Below, in pieces: positions 39,424-49,126 of a stretch of 64,000 nucleotides of DNA. Position 1 is the stretch's first letter; each line of letters starts with the position of its first letter. The translations under genes and the position numbers were made by a program. This DNA is from Verrucomicrobiota bacterium (GTDB lineage Bacteria > Verrucomicrobiota > Verrucomicrobiia > Limisphaerales > SXQI01): assembly GCA_033762115.1 (NCBI GenBank), contig JANRLX010000071.1:1-64000 (forward strand). Direction: 5' to 3'. The notes under the pieces are model-generated. The model was not told where the DNA came from, did no database searches, and was given only the letters and a program-made list of their open reading frames with translations.

Positions 39424-41304
39424 ATGAAAAAGCAATCGAACAGCAACTGGTTATTTTCCATCGTGGGCATCTTCGTGATGCTGGTGATCCTGGTGGCGGT
39501 TTATGTGATCTCCAGCGCCGCAGCGGTGCGAGTTGACCTCACAGAGGAAAATCTTTACACCCTTTCGCAAGGCACAAAAGACATCCTGAAAAAGTTGGAC
39601 ACCCCAGTCGAACTTCGCTTTTACAGCACGCAGGGGAAGGAGATGCCGGTTGAATTAAAAACCTACGCGCAACGTGTGGAGGATCTGCTGAATGAATATC
39701 GAAAAGCCGCGAATGGCCAGCTGATCGTTAAGAAGTTTGACCCCCAACCTGACTCCGACGCTGAAGAGGCTGCGTCTTTTGACGGCGTTGAAGGGCAGCA
39801 GATTAATTTTGGGGAGAAAATTTATTTGGGCATTGCAATCAACATGCTCGATTCAAAGCTGGCGCTTCCGTTCCTTGATCCACGCCGGGAACGTCTGCTG
39901 GAATACGATCTCACTCGCGCAATCGCCAATGTTTCCAATCCCAAAAAACCGATCATCGGGGTCATGAGCGGCCTGCCGGTTTTTGGTGAATTCAATCCCA
40001 TGGCAATGAGGATGGGCCAGGGTGGGCAGTCCAGCCCCTGGGTTTTCATTAGTGAACTGAAGCGGGACTTCGAGGTCAGGGAAGTGCAAATGACGAGTGA
40101 GAAAATTGATGATGACATCCAGGCTCTTGTGGTGGTGCATCCCAAAAACATCAGCGAGAAGACGCAGTACGCGATCGACCAATTTGTGCTTCGCGGCGGA
40201 AAGCTGATTACTTTTCTTGATCCCTATTCAGTTGTCGATAGCAACAGCAGCCCCGGGCAAAATCCAATGCAGGCTGCCGCTTCCGGCGGCTCCAACATGG
40301 AAAAACTGCTGAAAAGCTGGGGCCTGCAATATGATCCGGGAAAAGTCGTGGCAGACATGGTTTTCCGCACCCGGATCAACCGGGGCCAGCGTCCCGAGGA
40401 AGCTCCGGCTGTGCTTTCCCTGACGGGGGAAGCTGTGAATACCAACGATGTTGCAACGAGCCAGATTGATACACTACTGCTCCCCTTCTCGGGCGCGTTC
40501 AGCGGAACTCCCGCAGAAGGGTTGACACAAACCGTCCTGATTCATTCGAGTTCACAAAGCCAGTTGGTGGATCGTTTCATGGCTCAATTTTCCGGCGAAC
40601 AAACGATGAAGGATTTTTCCTCCTCAGGTAAGGAGCTGGCACTGGCTGTGCGTTTGAATGGGAAGTTCAAAACAGCGTTCCCTGAAGGTGTTCCCGCCGG
40701 GGAGAGCACCCAGGACACGAATGCTCCCGCAGGTCTGAAGGAAGGAAGCAAGGAGGGAGTCGTTGTGCTGATCGCTGATTCCGATCTCCTTTTTGATCAA
40801 TTTGCCGCCCAGGTGCAGGAGGTTTTTGGCCAGCGGCTGGTCATTCCCCGCAATGGAAACCTGAACCTTATCCAAAATCTTGTTGAACAATTGAGCGGCG
40901 ACCCAAGCCTGATCACGATTCGCAGCCGGGCAACGCAGAACAGGCCGTTCACCCGCGTCAGGGAAATGCAGGCTTCCGCTGAGGAAAAGTTCCGCAAAAC
41001 GATTGCTGACCTGGAAAAAAACCTGGCTGACACGCAGGCACGGCTAAACCAGCTTCAACAAAACAAGGATAGTGGCCAGCGTTTTATCCTCTCGCCGGAA
41101 CAGCAGCAGGAACTGGAAAAATTCCGGAAAACACAAATGGAGGTGCGCCGTGAACTGAAGAATGTGCGCAAAAATTTGCGGCGCGAAGTCGAATCGCTCG
41201 AAAACAATTTAAAATGGATCAATATCGCAGGAATGCCTCTTCTCGTGACGTTCTCCGGGGTGGCGCTTGCATTGGTTAAACGAAAAAGAACTGCGGCAAA
41301 ATGA
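39424..41304 (+). CDS. GldG-family ABC auxiliary protein
   Basis: RVDLTEENLYTLS, LEYDLTRAI, YAIDQFVLRGG, LIADSDL; C-terminal coiled coil and TM. Confidence 0.9.
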   Translation: MKKQSNSNWLFSIVGIFVMLVILVAVYVISSAAAVRVDLTEENLYTLSQGTKDILKKLDTPVELRFYSTQGKEMPVELKTYAQRVEDLLNEYRKAANGQLIVKKFDPQPDSDAEEAASFDGVEGQQINFGEKIYLGIAINMLDSKLALPFLDPRRERLLEYDLTRAIANVSNPKKPIIGVMSGLPVFGEFNPMAMRMGQGGQSSPWVFISELKRDFEVREVQMTSEKIDDDIQALVVVHPKNISEKTQYAIDQFVLRGGKLITFLDPYSVVDSNSSPGQNPMQAAASGGSNMEKLLKSWGLQYDPGKVVADMVFRTRINRGQRPEEAPAVLSLTGEAVNTNDVATSQIDTLLLPFSGAFSGTPAEGLTQTVLIHSSSQSQLVDRFMAQFSGEQTMKDFSSSGKELALAVRLNGKFKTAFPEGVPAGESTQDTNAPAGLKEGSKEGVVVLIADSDLLFDQFAAQVQEVFGQRLVIPRNGNLNLIQNLVEQLSGDPSLITIRSRATQNRPFTRVREMQASAEEKFRKTIADLEKNLADTQARLNQLQQNKDSGQRFILSPEQQQELEKFRKTQMEVRRELKNVRKNLRREVESLENNLKWINIAGMPLLVTFSGVALALVKRKRTAAK

Positions 41305-42521
41305 ATCGTAAACAACTCATCACGCTGCTGCTGGTCGGCCTTGTCATTGGCGGCATCGGTTATACGACATACCAGGGCCGGCGAAATGCGTTTCAGACTT
41401 CTGATACCCAGCTTGGAAAAAAATTGATCCCCGACTTCCCCTTGAACGATGTGGCGCATGTTCGAGTGGTGCAGGCTGGCGGGGAGTTGAACCTGGTGAA
41501 GCAATCAGACTTCTGGACTGTCAGGGAACGTTGGAATTATCCCGCGAATTACGGCGAAATCAGTGAGTTGCTTCGCAAAGTCTGGGAATTAAAACCGATC
41601 CAAGCGGTCAAGGTCGGCCCGAGCCAGATCGGTCGATTGGAGCTGAATACTCCCGGCACCAACCAGCAGAACAGTGGCACCCTGGTGGAATTCAAGGACA
41701 AGGGAAGCTCCACCCTGAAGTCGCTGCTCCTGGGGAAACCTTACGTGCGGCAATCGGAACAATCCTCCCCCATGGGCGGCGGTGATTTTCCCGTTGGACG
41801 TTACGTGATGGTGCCCGGAGGCAACTCCAATGTCTGGCTGATCAACGATCCTTTATCCAATGTTGAGACAAATCCTGCGGATTGGATCAGCAAGGATTTC
41901 TTCAAGGTGGAGAAATTAAAGTCGATTGCAGTGAACCATGCCATTGAAACAAATTCATGGCGGCTCTTTCGCGAAACTGAAGGTGGCGAGTTGAAACTGG
42001 CTGACACAAACGCCAATGAGCAACTGGACACAGGCAAAGCATCCGGCGCAGGTTTTGCCCTCTCCTCACCCAGCTTTAATGACGTGGCGGCCCCTGAAAC
42101 CAAGATCGAAACCATTGGTACAAATTCCCCCGTTTCCGCCCGTTTGGAAACATTCGAAGGATTTGTCTACCAGGTGAAAGTGGTGCAATCGACCAATAAT
42201 GAAAATTATCTCCTCTCAATGAACGTTGAAGGCACCTTTCCCGCGGAGCGCGCCCCCGGCAGCGACGAGAAGCCCGAAGACAAGGAGAGGCTGGATAAGG
42301 AGTTTTCGGAGAAGCAAAAGAAGCTGAAGGAAAAACTCGCCAATGAGAAAAAATTCACAAACTGGATTTATCTTGTGAGCAAGTGGACAATTGATCCTGT
42401 TTTAAAGACCCGCAGCGATCTGCTTGCCGTCAAGAAAGAGGAAAACCCTGCCGGGGATACAGGAGCCTCAGTCATACCGGAAAACACACCGCCTTTGATT
42501 GATCCATTAAAAGCAGAATAA
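41301..42521 (+). CDS. DUF4340-type periplasmic protein
   Basis: N-terminal TM, overlaps the GldG stop, usual position in this module. Confidence 0.7.
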   Translation: MNRKQLITLLLVGLVIGGIGYTTYQGRRNAFQTSDTQLGKKLIPDFPLNDVAHVRVVQAGGELNLVKQSDFWTVRERWNYPANYGEISELLRKVWELKPIQAVKVGPSQIGRLELNTPGTNQQNSGTLVEFKDKGSSTLKSLLLGKPYVRQSEQSSPMGGGDFPVGRYVMVPGGNSNVWLINDPLSNVETNPADWISKDFFKVEKLKSIAVNHAIETNSWRLFRETEGGELKLADTNANEQLDTGKASGAGFALSSPSFNDVAAPETKIETIGTNSPVSARLETFEGFVYQVKVVQSTNNENYLLSMNVEGTFPAERAPGSDEKPEDKERLDKEFSEKQKKLKEKLANEKKFTNWIYLVSKWTIDPVLKTRSDLLAVKKEENPAGDTGASVIPENTPPLIDPLKAE

Positions 42522-42531
42522 CCCACGCAAT

Positions 42532-43002
42532 CTACCAGCGTTTCAGGGTTTTCCCCAGCAGATAAACCAAGGCAAGACCCAGCGCCCCACCAACCGTATC
42601 GATCACCACGTCCAGCGGGGACCCAAGCCTGCTTGGCACAAAGGCCTGGTGCAACTCATCCGTGCAGGCATAAAGTGCGGTCACCAACAAGGCGAACCGC
42701 GCGTCTGCATTGGACCATCCAACCTGTTGTCGGGGAACTGCATTTCGTTTTGCACGCCAAACCAGCAGGGCCAGAATTGCATAACCGACCAAATGCCCTG
42801 CTTTGCGAACCAGTAGCTGGACCGTGGCAATTGCCTCATCACTAACCTCAGGGTTGAACCAGCGAAGGAATGGCCCGATAATACGCGAAGTCCGCCTTAC
42901 TGAGCCAAGGTCAGTGGAAGCGGAAAAGATAAGGGACATCCAGATAATAACAGGAAGCCAGTACCGGATGAAGAGCGCTGCAGACACGCGGCAATAAAGC
43001 AA
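42532..43002 (-). CDS. VanZ-family membrane protein
   Basis: VRKAGHLVGYAIL, YACTDELHQAFVPSR, DVVIDTVG; true start possibly GTG 42987. Confidence 0.88.
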   Translation of the reverse strand: MLYCRVSAALFIRYWLPVIIWMSLIFSASTDLGSVRRTSRIIGPFLRWFNPEVSDEAIATVQLLVRKAGHLVGYAILALLVWRAKRNAVPRQQVGWSNADARFALLVTALYACTDELHQAFVPSRLGSPLDVVIDTVGGALGLALVYLLGKTLKRW

Positions 43003-43072
43003 ACAGCCGCAAAGTGATGCAATCCAATTCGATTGCTAATCAGCCTCTTCTCTGGCAAGGAACATTTGTAGC

Positions 43073-44608
43073 ATGAAATTTTTATTGGGAAGAATCACAT
43101 TCATTGCCTGGCTTGCCGTCGCTTCATTCGGGGCGGAACAAGCCACAAACTCATTGCTATTGGGATGGCATTTTGCCGGTGGGGATGGAATTCGAAAACA
43201 GGAAAACCTGAAAACACTCAATGAGGTGTGGAACCTGCCTGAGTCTGAAAGTCTGCGAGGAAAACTTTTGGACCATTTTGCCGATTATGCGGCAAAGCGT
43301 GCGCGAACCAATCAGGCTGCCCTTCTTGTCCGTCCCATGCTGGAGCATTTGCTGCAATATGAATCAATATTTGAGTTGCGCGGCCAATCGCCTGATTCAA
43401 TGCAATGGGGCTTCGCGGTAAAAATTCCCGAGTCGAAACGAAATGTCTGGAAAGAAAACCTTCGCAAGCTCGCCAGCCTGACTGAATTGGGAGCTCCCCA
43501 GGTCATAACTCGCAACGACATCAAGGGTCAGAAATGGGGTAAAAATGAATACAACCTTTATCTGGTGGAAGATGGGGATTGGATCGTCGTTTCGGGTGGA
43601 GAAAAATCGGAACCTTCCACTCTCGCAACCTTTAAAGACACAGGTAAACCATTTACTGAATCTCAACTCCTTATCCTGCAAGCTGACCTGCCTGGTCTGG
43701 CCCGATGGAATCGCCGCACAAATGACGCGCTTCCGCAGGTTGCTTTGGAAGCATCAGGACGTGCTGAAAACGTTCGTTCAGAAATGAAACTGCGGTTTGC
43801 CGAGTCAACCAAACTCCAGGTCACTCCATGGAAAATCCCGACGAATACAATTCGTGCCCCACTTGCCTCATTAACCGCCATCCAGGGAATTGCCCCTCTC
43901 CTGGACCAGCAGCCCTGGTTCAAATCTCTCGGGATTCAGCCAAGCCCAAACCAGTTGTTTATCTGGTCAGAAGCCACAACTCTTTTTTCATTCTTCGCCG
44001 CCTGGGAAACCAAAAATCGTGATGAAATTTTGGCCTCACTGGCGGAAAAAGTTCCACAGTTGAACACCAACCTTCAAAAACGTTTCATCGGGCAGGCGGA
44101 GTTCAATACCAGGCAGGAGGCCCTGATCTGGCGCGGATTGCCGGTGATTGTTCCTTTTCTAAAAAAGGCGCAGGATGAAAATTTTATGGTCGCCGGGCTG
44201 TTTCCCACTTCCAATCCTTCAACCAATCCCCCGCCTCAGGAACTTATGCAACAACTGCTCAATCGAAAGGACCTTTTCTATTATGATTGGGAAGTCACCG
44301 AAAGCCGACTGGCCCAAATTCGGCCGATCTCGCAATTAAAAATGCTCGCGACCGGGTTCGACCTGCCCTCGCCTAACAGCATTGCGTTGCGGTGGTTGCT
44401 GGCGATTCAACCCAGGTTGGGCAATACCATTACTGAAGGCACCCTGTCGGGTGACAAGGAACTCACGCTTAGCAGAAAATCTCACATCGGTTTCAATTCC
44501 CTGGAGCTGTGGAATCTGGCCCATTGGATTGAAAGCGAGCAATTTCCCCACGCCCCAAAACCGAAAGCCCCCACACGGCTGCCAATGGCTCCAGTGCCAG
44601 CTCCCTGA
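43073..44608 (+). CDS. Secreted hypothetical protein
   Basis: 511-aa ORF with signal peptide, ends 1 bp before pdxJ. Confidence 0.7.
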   Translation: MKFLLGRITFIAWLAVASFGAEQATNSLLLGWHFAGGDGIRKQENLKTLNEVWNLPESESLRGKLLDHFADYAAKRARTNQAALLVRPMLEHLLQYESIFELRGQSPDSMQWGFAVKIPESKRNVWKENLRKLASLTELGAPQVITRNDIKGQKWGKNEYNLYLVEDGDWIVVSGGEKSEPSTLATFKDTGKPFTESQLLILQADLPGLARWNRRTNDALPQVALEASGRAENVRSEMKLRFAESTKLQVTPWKIPTNTIRAPLASLTAIQGIAPLLDQQPWFKSLGIQPSPNQLFIWSEATTLFSFFAAWETKNRDEILASLAEKVPQLNTNLQKRFIGQAEFNTRQEALIWRGLPVIVPFLKKAQDENFMVAGLFPTSNPSTNPPPQELMQQLLNRKDLFYYDWEVTESRLAQIRPISQLKMLATGFDLPSPNSIALRWLLAIQPRLGNTITEGTLSGDKELTLSRKSHIGFNSLELWNLAHWIESEQFPHAPKPKAPTRLPMAPVPAP

Positions 44609-44609
44609 G

Positions 44610-45362
44610 ATGCTCAAGCTTGGCGTCAATATTGATCATGTTGCCACTCTTCGCGAGGCGAGGTACAGGGGGCGGGAACGGGGCGAACCTGACCCGATCG
44701 AGGCGGCCTTGATCTGCGAAGCGGCAGGCGCCCATGGTATCACCGCCCATCTCCGTGAGGATCGCAGACATATTCAGGATCGGGATGTCTGGACGTTGCG
44801 CGAGGTGATCAAGTCACGCCTCAATCTTGAGATGGCAAATTCCCCTGAAATCCTTGAAATCGCTTTGCGGCTGAAACCGGATATTGTTTGCCTGGTTCCT
44901 GAAAAAAGGCAGGAACTCACGACTGAAGGGGGCCTCGATGTGGTTGGGCAGTTTGAATCTTTAAAACCCTCCTGCAAAAGGTTGATCGAACGCGACATTG
45001 AAGTCAGCCTCTTTATCGCGCCTGACCTGGAACAGGTTCAGGCCGCCGCCCGGCTGGGGGTTCAATTTATCGAGTTGCACACCGGTACCTTTGCGGAACA
45101 TTTTAACCGGAAAAAAGACCGGGCTCATGAAGTGGAGCGACTGGTCAGTGCCGCCAATCTGGCTCACGAACTGGGGCTTCAGGTCAATGCCGGGCATGGC
45201 CTGAATTACCAGAACCTTCCGCTTCTTTTCCAGGTGCCACATCTTGTGGAATTGAATATCGGCCACAGCATCGTCAGCCGCGCCATGACCGTTGGGATGG
45301 CAATGGCTGTCAAAGAAATGCTTGTGGTGATGCAAGGCTACAGCAGCAAGGCAAACTCATGA
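44610..45362 (+). CDS. pdxJ: Pyridoxine 5'-phosphate synthase
   Basis: LGVNIDHVATLR, HLREDRRHIQ, TTEGGLDV, VNAGHGL, ELNIGH. Confidence 0.97.
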   Translation: MLKLGVNIDHVATLREARYRGRERGEPDPIEAALICEAAGAHGITAHLREDRRHIQDRDVWTLREVIKSRLNLEMANSPEILEIALRLKPDIVCLVPEKRQELTTEGGLDVVGQFESLKPSCKRLIERDIEVSLFIAPDLEQVQAAARLGVQFIELHTGTFAEHFNRKKDRAHEVERLVSAANLAHELGLQVNAGHGLNYQNLPLLFQVPHLVELNIGHSIVSRAMTVGMAMAVKEMLVVMQGYSSKANS

Positions 45363-45739
45363 TTGTCGGCCTGGGCATTGATTTGGTTGAAGTCGAGAGG
45401 ATACGAAAATCAATTGAAAAATTTCCGGAACGTTTCGCCAGCCGATTGCTTTCAGCCGACGAGCGGGCCTACTGTTTCAGCCACAAAGATCCGGCCATCC
45501 ACATGGCTGCTCGCTTCGCCGCCAAGGAAGCGGTATCCAAAGCATTCGGCACCGGGATTGGATCGGAGCTTGGATGGCAGGACATCGAAGTAGCCAAAGA
45601 GCTATCCGGCCAGCCTCTAATCCGCCTGCGCGGAAAAGCGGAAAAACTTGCGCAGCAGCGGCTGGTCAGGCGAATTCACTTGAGCCTTACCCACACCTCG
45701 ACCCACGCCGCTGCCGTTGCGGTCCTGGAATCTGACTGA
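45359..45739 (+). CDS. acpS: Holo-[acyl-carrier-protein] synthase
   Basis: GLGIDLVE, RFAAKEAVSKA, HLSLTH. Confidence 0.95.
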   Translation: MIVGLGIDLVEVERIRKSIEKFPERFASRLLSADERAYCFSHKDPAIHMAARFAAKEAVSKAFGTGIGSELGWQDIEVAKELSGQPLIRLRGKAEKLAQQRLVRRIHLSLTHTSTHAAAVAVLESD

Positions 45740-45757
45740 ATTCAACCGACAACCCGG

Positions 45758-46462
45758 TCACGCCTCACGCCATTGAATGGCATGCTGCACCAGTTCGGTC
45801 GCATTTTTCAGGTTCAATTTTTCTTTAATATGCGCCCGATGAGATTCAATCGTCTTGATGCTCAAGTGCAGCTCCTCTGCAATCTGCCGGGTTCCATGTC
45901 CCTGGCCGATTAAACCGAAGACTTCCAATTCACGGTCGCTTAAATCCTCGATTGGGGAACCGGTGCGGGCGGTTCGGCCACCCACCAGCTGGTGCATCAT
46001 TTTCTTTTCCATTCTCTCGCTCAGGTAGATTTCCCCTGCGATGACCTGCCGGATGGCAGTCAGCACTTTTTCAGTCGCTTCCTGCTTCATGATGTAACCG
46101 CCAGCCCCTGCGCGGAGCGCACGAACGGCATAAAGTGATTCATCATGCATGGACAAAACCAGCACCAGCATCTTTGGAAAACGAACCTTGATGTTCTTGA
46201 GCAGTTCGATGCCGTTGCTGCCTTTGAGGGAGATATCTGCCACCACGAGGTCAGGCTTCAACTTCTCGATGGCTTCAAGGGCCTTGTGGACATCCTCAGC
46301 TGTCCCAATGACCGAAAGGTCTTTTTCCTGGTTGATCATCTCCGCGAGCCCCTGCCGCACTATCGGATGGTCATCGACCAGGAGGATTTTGGCTTTTCCC
46401 TTTTTGGCCCCCAATGAGGATGTATTGGATACAGTATCTTTTCTGCTGATTAGAGTTTCCAT
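45758..46462 (-). CDS. NarL/LuxR-family response regulator
   Basis: LLVDDHPIVR, ADISL, LSMH, LSDRELEV, IKTIESHRAHIKEKL. Confidence 0.95.
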   Translation of the reverse strand: METLISRKDTVSNTSSLGAKKGKAKILLVDDHPIVRQGLAEMINQEKDLSVIGTAEDVHKALEAIEKLKPDLVVADISLKGSNGIELLKNIKVRFPKMLVLVLSMHDESLYAVRALRAGAGGYIMKQEATEKVLTAIRQVIAGEIYLSERMEKKMMHQLVGGRTARTGSPIEDLSDRELEVFGLIGQGHGTRQIAEELHLSIKTIESHRAHIKEKLNLKNATELVQHAIQWREA

Positions 46463-46498
46463 GTAATAATAAGGTTTTTCGGTTTAGCAACGCTCTAC

Positions 46499-46783
46499 TT
46501 AACGATACGCACGCACGAATCGGATCAATCGCCACCCTTTCCAGAGCAGCGATGACAAACTAAAAAACTTTCGCCAGGGGGCCTTTAACACCAGGAACCC
46601 CAACCCGGCCAGAACCAGGGGCGATTTGAATAATCGCATCATTCGAAAACCGGTCCGGACGGGTCGCCCCATCTCCCGGCATGATGAAGCAAGCTGTTCA
46701 CGCTGCACCGCACATTGGGTCACCAGCAGGGCCTTGCGGGCCTGCAATTCGATCAATGTCGGTTTCCTCTTTTTCTCGTTCAT
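46499..46783 (-). CDS. YqjK-like small protein
   Basis: LQARKALLVTQCAVQREQL; follows YqjD/YqjE-like genes. Confidence 0.65.
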   Translation of the reverse strand: MNEKKRKPTLIELQARKALLVTQCAVQREQLASSCREMGRPVRTGFRMMRLFKSPLVLAGLGFLVLKAPWRKFFSLSSLLWKGWRLIRFVRAYR

Positions 46784-47178
46784 AGACGTGGAGTCGTCAA
46801 TGAAAGGTGGTCCTTTTCCAACTCCTCCGCCGTCACAGAAAACAGCTTCGGTTTATTTTTCACGCTGTTCTTCATGCTGATGACAGCCCAGGCGCCCACT
46901 CCCAGGTAAAGCAGCGCAAAGCCACCGAGCACATGCACCCGGTAGGCATCACTGACGAGGAAAACAATAAACAGGGTAAACAGGACCAGTCCGAAGCAAA
47001 TTGAAAAGAGTGACACAACCATCAGGATGACCAATTTTTCCAACCACTCCCTCTGCTCCTCCAGTTCGGTTGAAATCAGTTCAACCCTGGTTTTTAATAT
47101 GGCAACCCACGTGGCCAGGGTCCCCTTGATCCCATCCATGAAGCCATGCGAGCCTGCTTCGGTAGTTGCGGTTGCCAT
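46780..47178 (-). CDS. YqjE-like (holin-family) membrane protein
   Basis: TRVELISTELEE, two TM helices, FSVTAEELEKD. Confidence 0.8.
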   Translation of the reverse strand: MATATTEAGSHGFMDGIKGTLATWVAILKTRVELISTELEEQREWLEKLVILMVVSLFSICFGLVLFTLFIVFLVSDAYRVHVLGGFALLYLGVGAWAVISMKNSVKNKPKLFSVTAEELEKDHLSLTTPRL

Positions 47179-47180
47179 AA

Positions 47181-47441
47181 TCAACGACGTCCCATGATTA
47201 ATCCGATGACCAAACCTACCCCGGCAGCTATCCCGACTGCCTGCCATGGCTTTTCATGCACATATTGATCGGCAGTTTCGGCAACCTCCACCGTTTTATC
47301 CTTCACCACTCCCTGCAACTCCTGCAACCTTGCCTTGCTCTGCTGCACGGTTTCTTCGATTTGCGACGCGAGCGAACGAATCTGCCCTGCGCTCCGCTGC
47401 AAAGTGTCCTTCATCTGGGATTCTGATGTTGTTGTGTTCAT
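47181..47441 (-). CDS. ElaB/YqjD (DUF883) protein
   Basis: DQYVHEKPWQAVGIAAGVGLVIGLIMGRR. Confidence 0.88.
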   Translation of the reverse strand: MNTTTSESQMKDTLQRSAGQIRSLASQIEETVQQSKARLQELQGVVKDKTVEVAETADQYVHEKPWQAVGIAAGVGLVIGLIMGRR

Positions 47442-47458
47442 TCTCTCCTCCGGTTTGT

Positions 47459-47683
47459 TTAAGGAACCCGCCTCGTCCCGGAAAACAGAAGGACAGCCCC
47501 GCTCACAAGAAGAACACCTCCCAGGACAGGTGAAATAGGCATCGTTTTCCTGGTGTCGGCACTGGCCTTGATCGGCCCCGCATCAATGACTGTTTCTCTG
47601 GTGGTGTAACTGATTCCACCAAACAAAACTCCGATGGCACCGATTAGGATCAGGAGAATTCCTATTACAGTTGTCGCTCTCAT
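47459..47683 (-). CDS. Small two-TM membrane protein (DUF3185-like)
   Basis: GILLILIG...YTTRETVIDAGPI...PISPVLGG. Confidence 0.7.
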   Translation of the reverse strand: MRATTVIGILLILIGAIGVLFGGISYTTRETVIDAGPIKASADTRKTMPISPVLGGVLLVSGAVLLFSGTRRVP

Positions 47684-47824
47684 GGGTTCGTCCAAGTTTT
47701 CCCTAAGACGAGATCAGAGTAGTGAACCATGGAAGCACATTAAATCGGGAACAGACCTGTTTGTGTAGCCGGACTGAATCTTAAAAAAACCTAGTGTTTT
47801 CCCCGATGGATCAAAGCAGGAAAT

Positions 47825-49105
47825 TTATACGCTTCTTTTTGATCCCCAATGATTTAAATTAGATTCCAGGGGATCAACCACCAAGCGTTGTTTACCTGTT
47901 TGTAGAAATTCGCCAATGAAATAAAGCGATCCTGTCACCAGGACCTGCCTGTGCCCCCTGACCTTGTTTAGTGCTTCATTGGCGGTTTCCGCGAGTTCCA
48001 CTCTTGCTTTTGGATTTGCAAGGGCAACCAATTTTGCCAGAAAAGCCGGATCACTGCTGCGCTCATTCCGGACTTTCACGCAACAGATTACATTTGCGAG
48101 CTGAGCCAGAGGCGGGATCATTCTTTCAACCGGTTTATCGTTCAGGATTCCGATAATTAAAGCCCGCTCAGCTGCGGTGGTGGAAAGGGTTCGGTTCACC
48201 GTCTCCACAAACGCCAGAACGCCTGCTTCATTATGAGCTCCATCAATGATCAATTCCTGACCCTCCTTCAGCTGGAGGTGCTCAAATCGGCCTTGCCACT
48301 CCACTGTGGCAAATCCCTGCCGAACAGCCTTCTCAGTTACAGGAAAAAGATGTTGAAGTGTTCGTACCGTTTGCAACGCCAGCGCCCCATTTTTCCGTTG
48401 ATGGTTTCCTTGAAGATTAATTGAATAATCAAACTTCTCGATTTCTTCGGGAGAGACGATTTTTAACGGGGCCTCCATCTCATCGGCCTTTTTCCGAATG
48501 ACTTCCAATACCTCTTCCCCGTCACATGCTGTGATCACGGGGACTCCTTTTTTGATAATACCGGCCTTTTCCTTCGCGATTTCCGGGAGGGTTTCTCCAA
48601 GCCATTTTGTGTGATCATACTGCACATTCGTAATCACGGAGGCGAGTGGAGTCACAATGTTCGTGGCGTCCAATCGCCCTCCCAATCCCGTTTCCCAGAT
48701 GACCAGATCACATTTCTTTTGCTGAAACCAGATCGCGGCCATGATGGTCACGACCTCGAAAAACGTGGGATGCTCGGAAAGCGCTCCGAGGTGCGGTTGA
48801 ATCAACTCAACCAGTTCCGTGGTTTCGCCTTCGCTGATGAGGATGCGATTGCATTGCATTCTCTCCCGAAATGAAACCAGGTGCGGCGAAGTATAGAGCC
48901 CGACCTTCAACCCTGCCGCACGGTAAATGGATTCGAGCATGGCGCAGGTGGAACCTTTCCCGTTGGTTCCCGCGACATGGATGAAACGCAAACCCTCTTG
49001 AGGATTGCCTGCCGCTGCTGCGAGCATTCGGGTTCTTTCCAGCCCCATGCTGGTCCCGAACATCTGCAAATCGTAGAGCGACTGGATGGCTTCGGCGTAG
49101 GTCAT
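47825..49105 (-). CDS. folC: Folylpolyglutamate/dihydrofolate synthase
   Basis: IHVAGTNGKGST, YTSPHL, ETGLGGRLDATN, DGAHN, GSLYFIG. Confidence 0.95.
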   Translation of the reverse strand: MTYAEAIQSLYDLQMFGTSMGLERTRMLAAAAGNPQEGLRFIHVAGTNGKGSTCAMLESIYRAAGLKVGLYTSPHLVSFRERMQCNRILISEGETTELVELIQPHLGALSEHPTFFEVVTIMAAIWFQQKKCDLVIWETGLGGRLDATNIVTPLASVITNVQYDHTKWLGETLPEIAKEKAGIIKKGVPVITACDGEEVLEVIRKKADEMEAPLKIVSPEEIEKFDYSINLQGNHQRKNGALALQTVRTLQHLFPVTEKAVRQGFATVEWQGRFEHLQLKEGQELIIDGAHNEAGVLAFVETVNRTLSTTAAERALIIGILNDKPVERMIPPLAQLANVICCVKVRNERSSDPAFLAKLVALANPKARVELAETANEALNKVRGHRQVLVTGSLYFIGEFLQTGKQRLVVDPLESNLNHWGSKRSV

Positions 49106-49126
49106 GCAGCGCCGATGAAAGATATT

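Noticed and set aside
37706..42521. Evidence of gliding motility
   Set aside because: GldAFG-like modules occur widely without the motor or T9SS genes, none of which are in the window
42532..43002. VanZ as a glycopeptide resistance locus
   Set aside because: Stand-alone VanZ-family genes are widespread; no other van genes
46780..47178. Holin-family gene as prophage evidence
   Set aside because: Sits in a yqjD-yqjE-yqjK-like host stress operon; no phage genes
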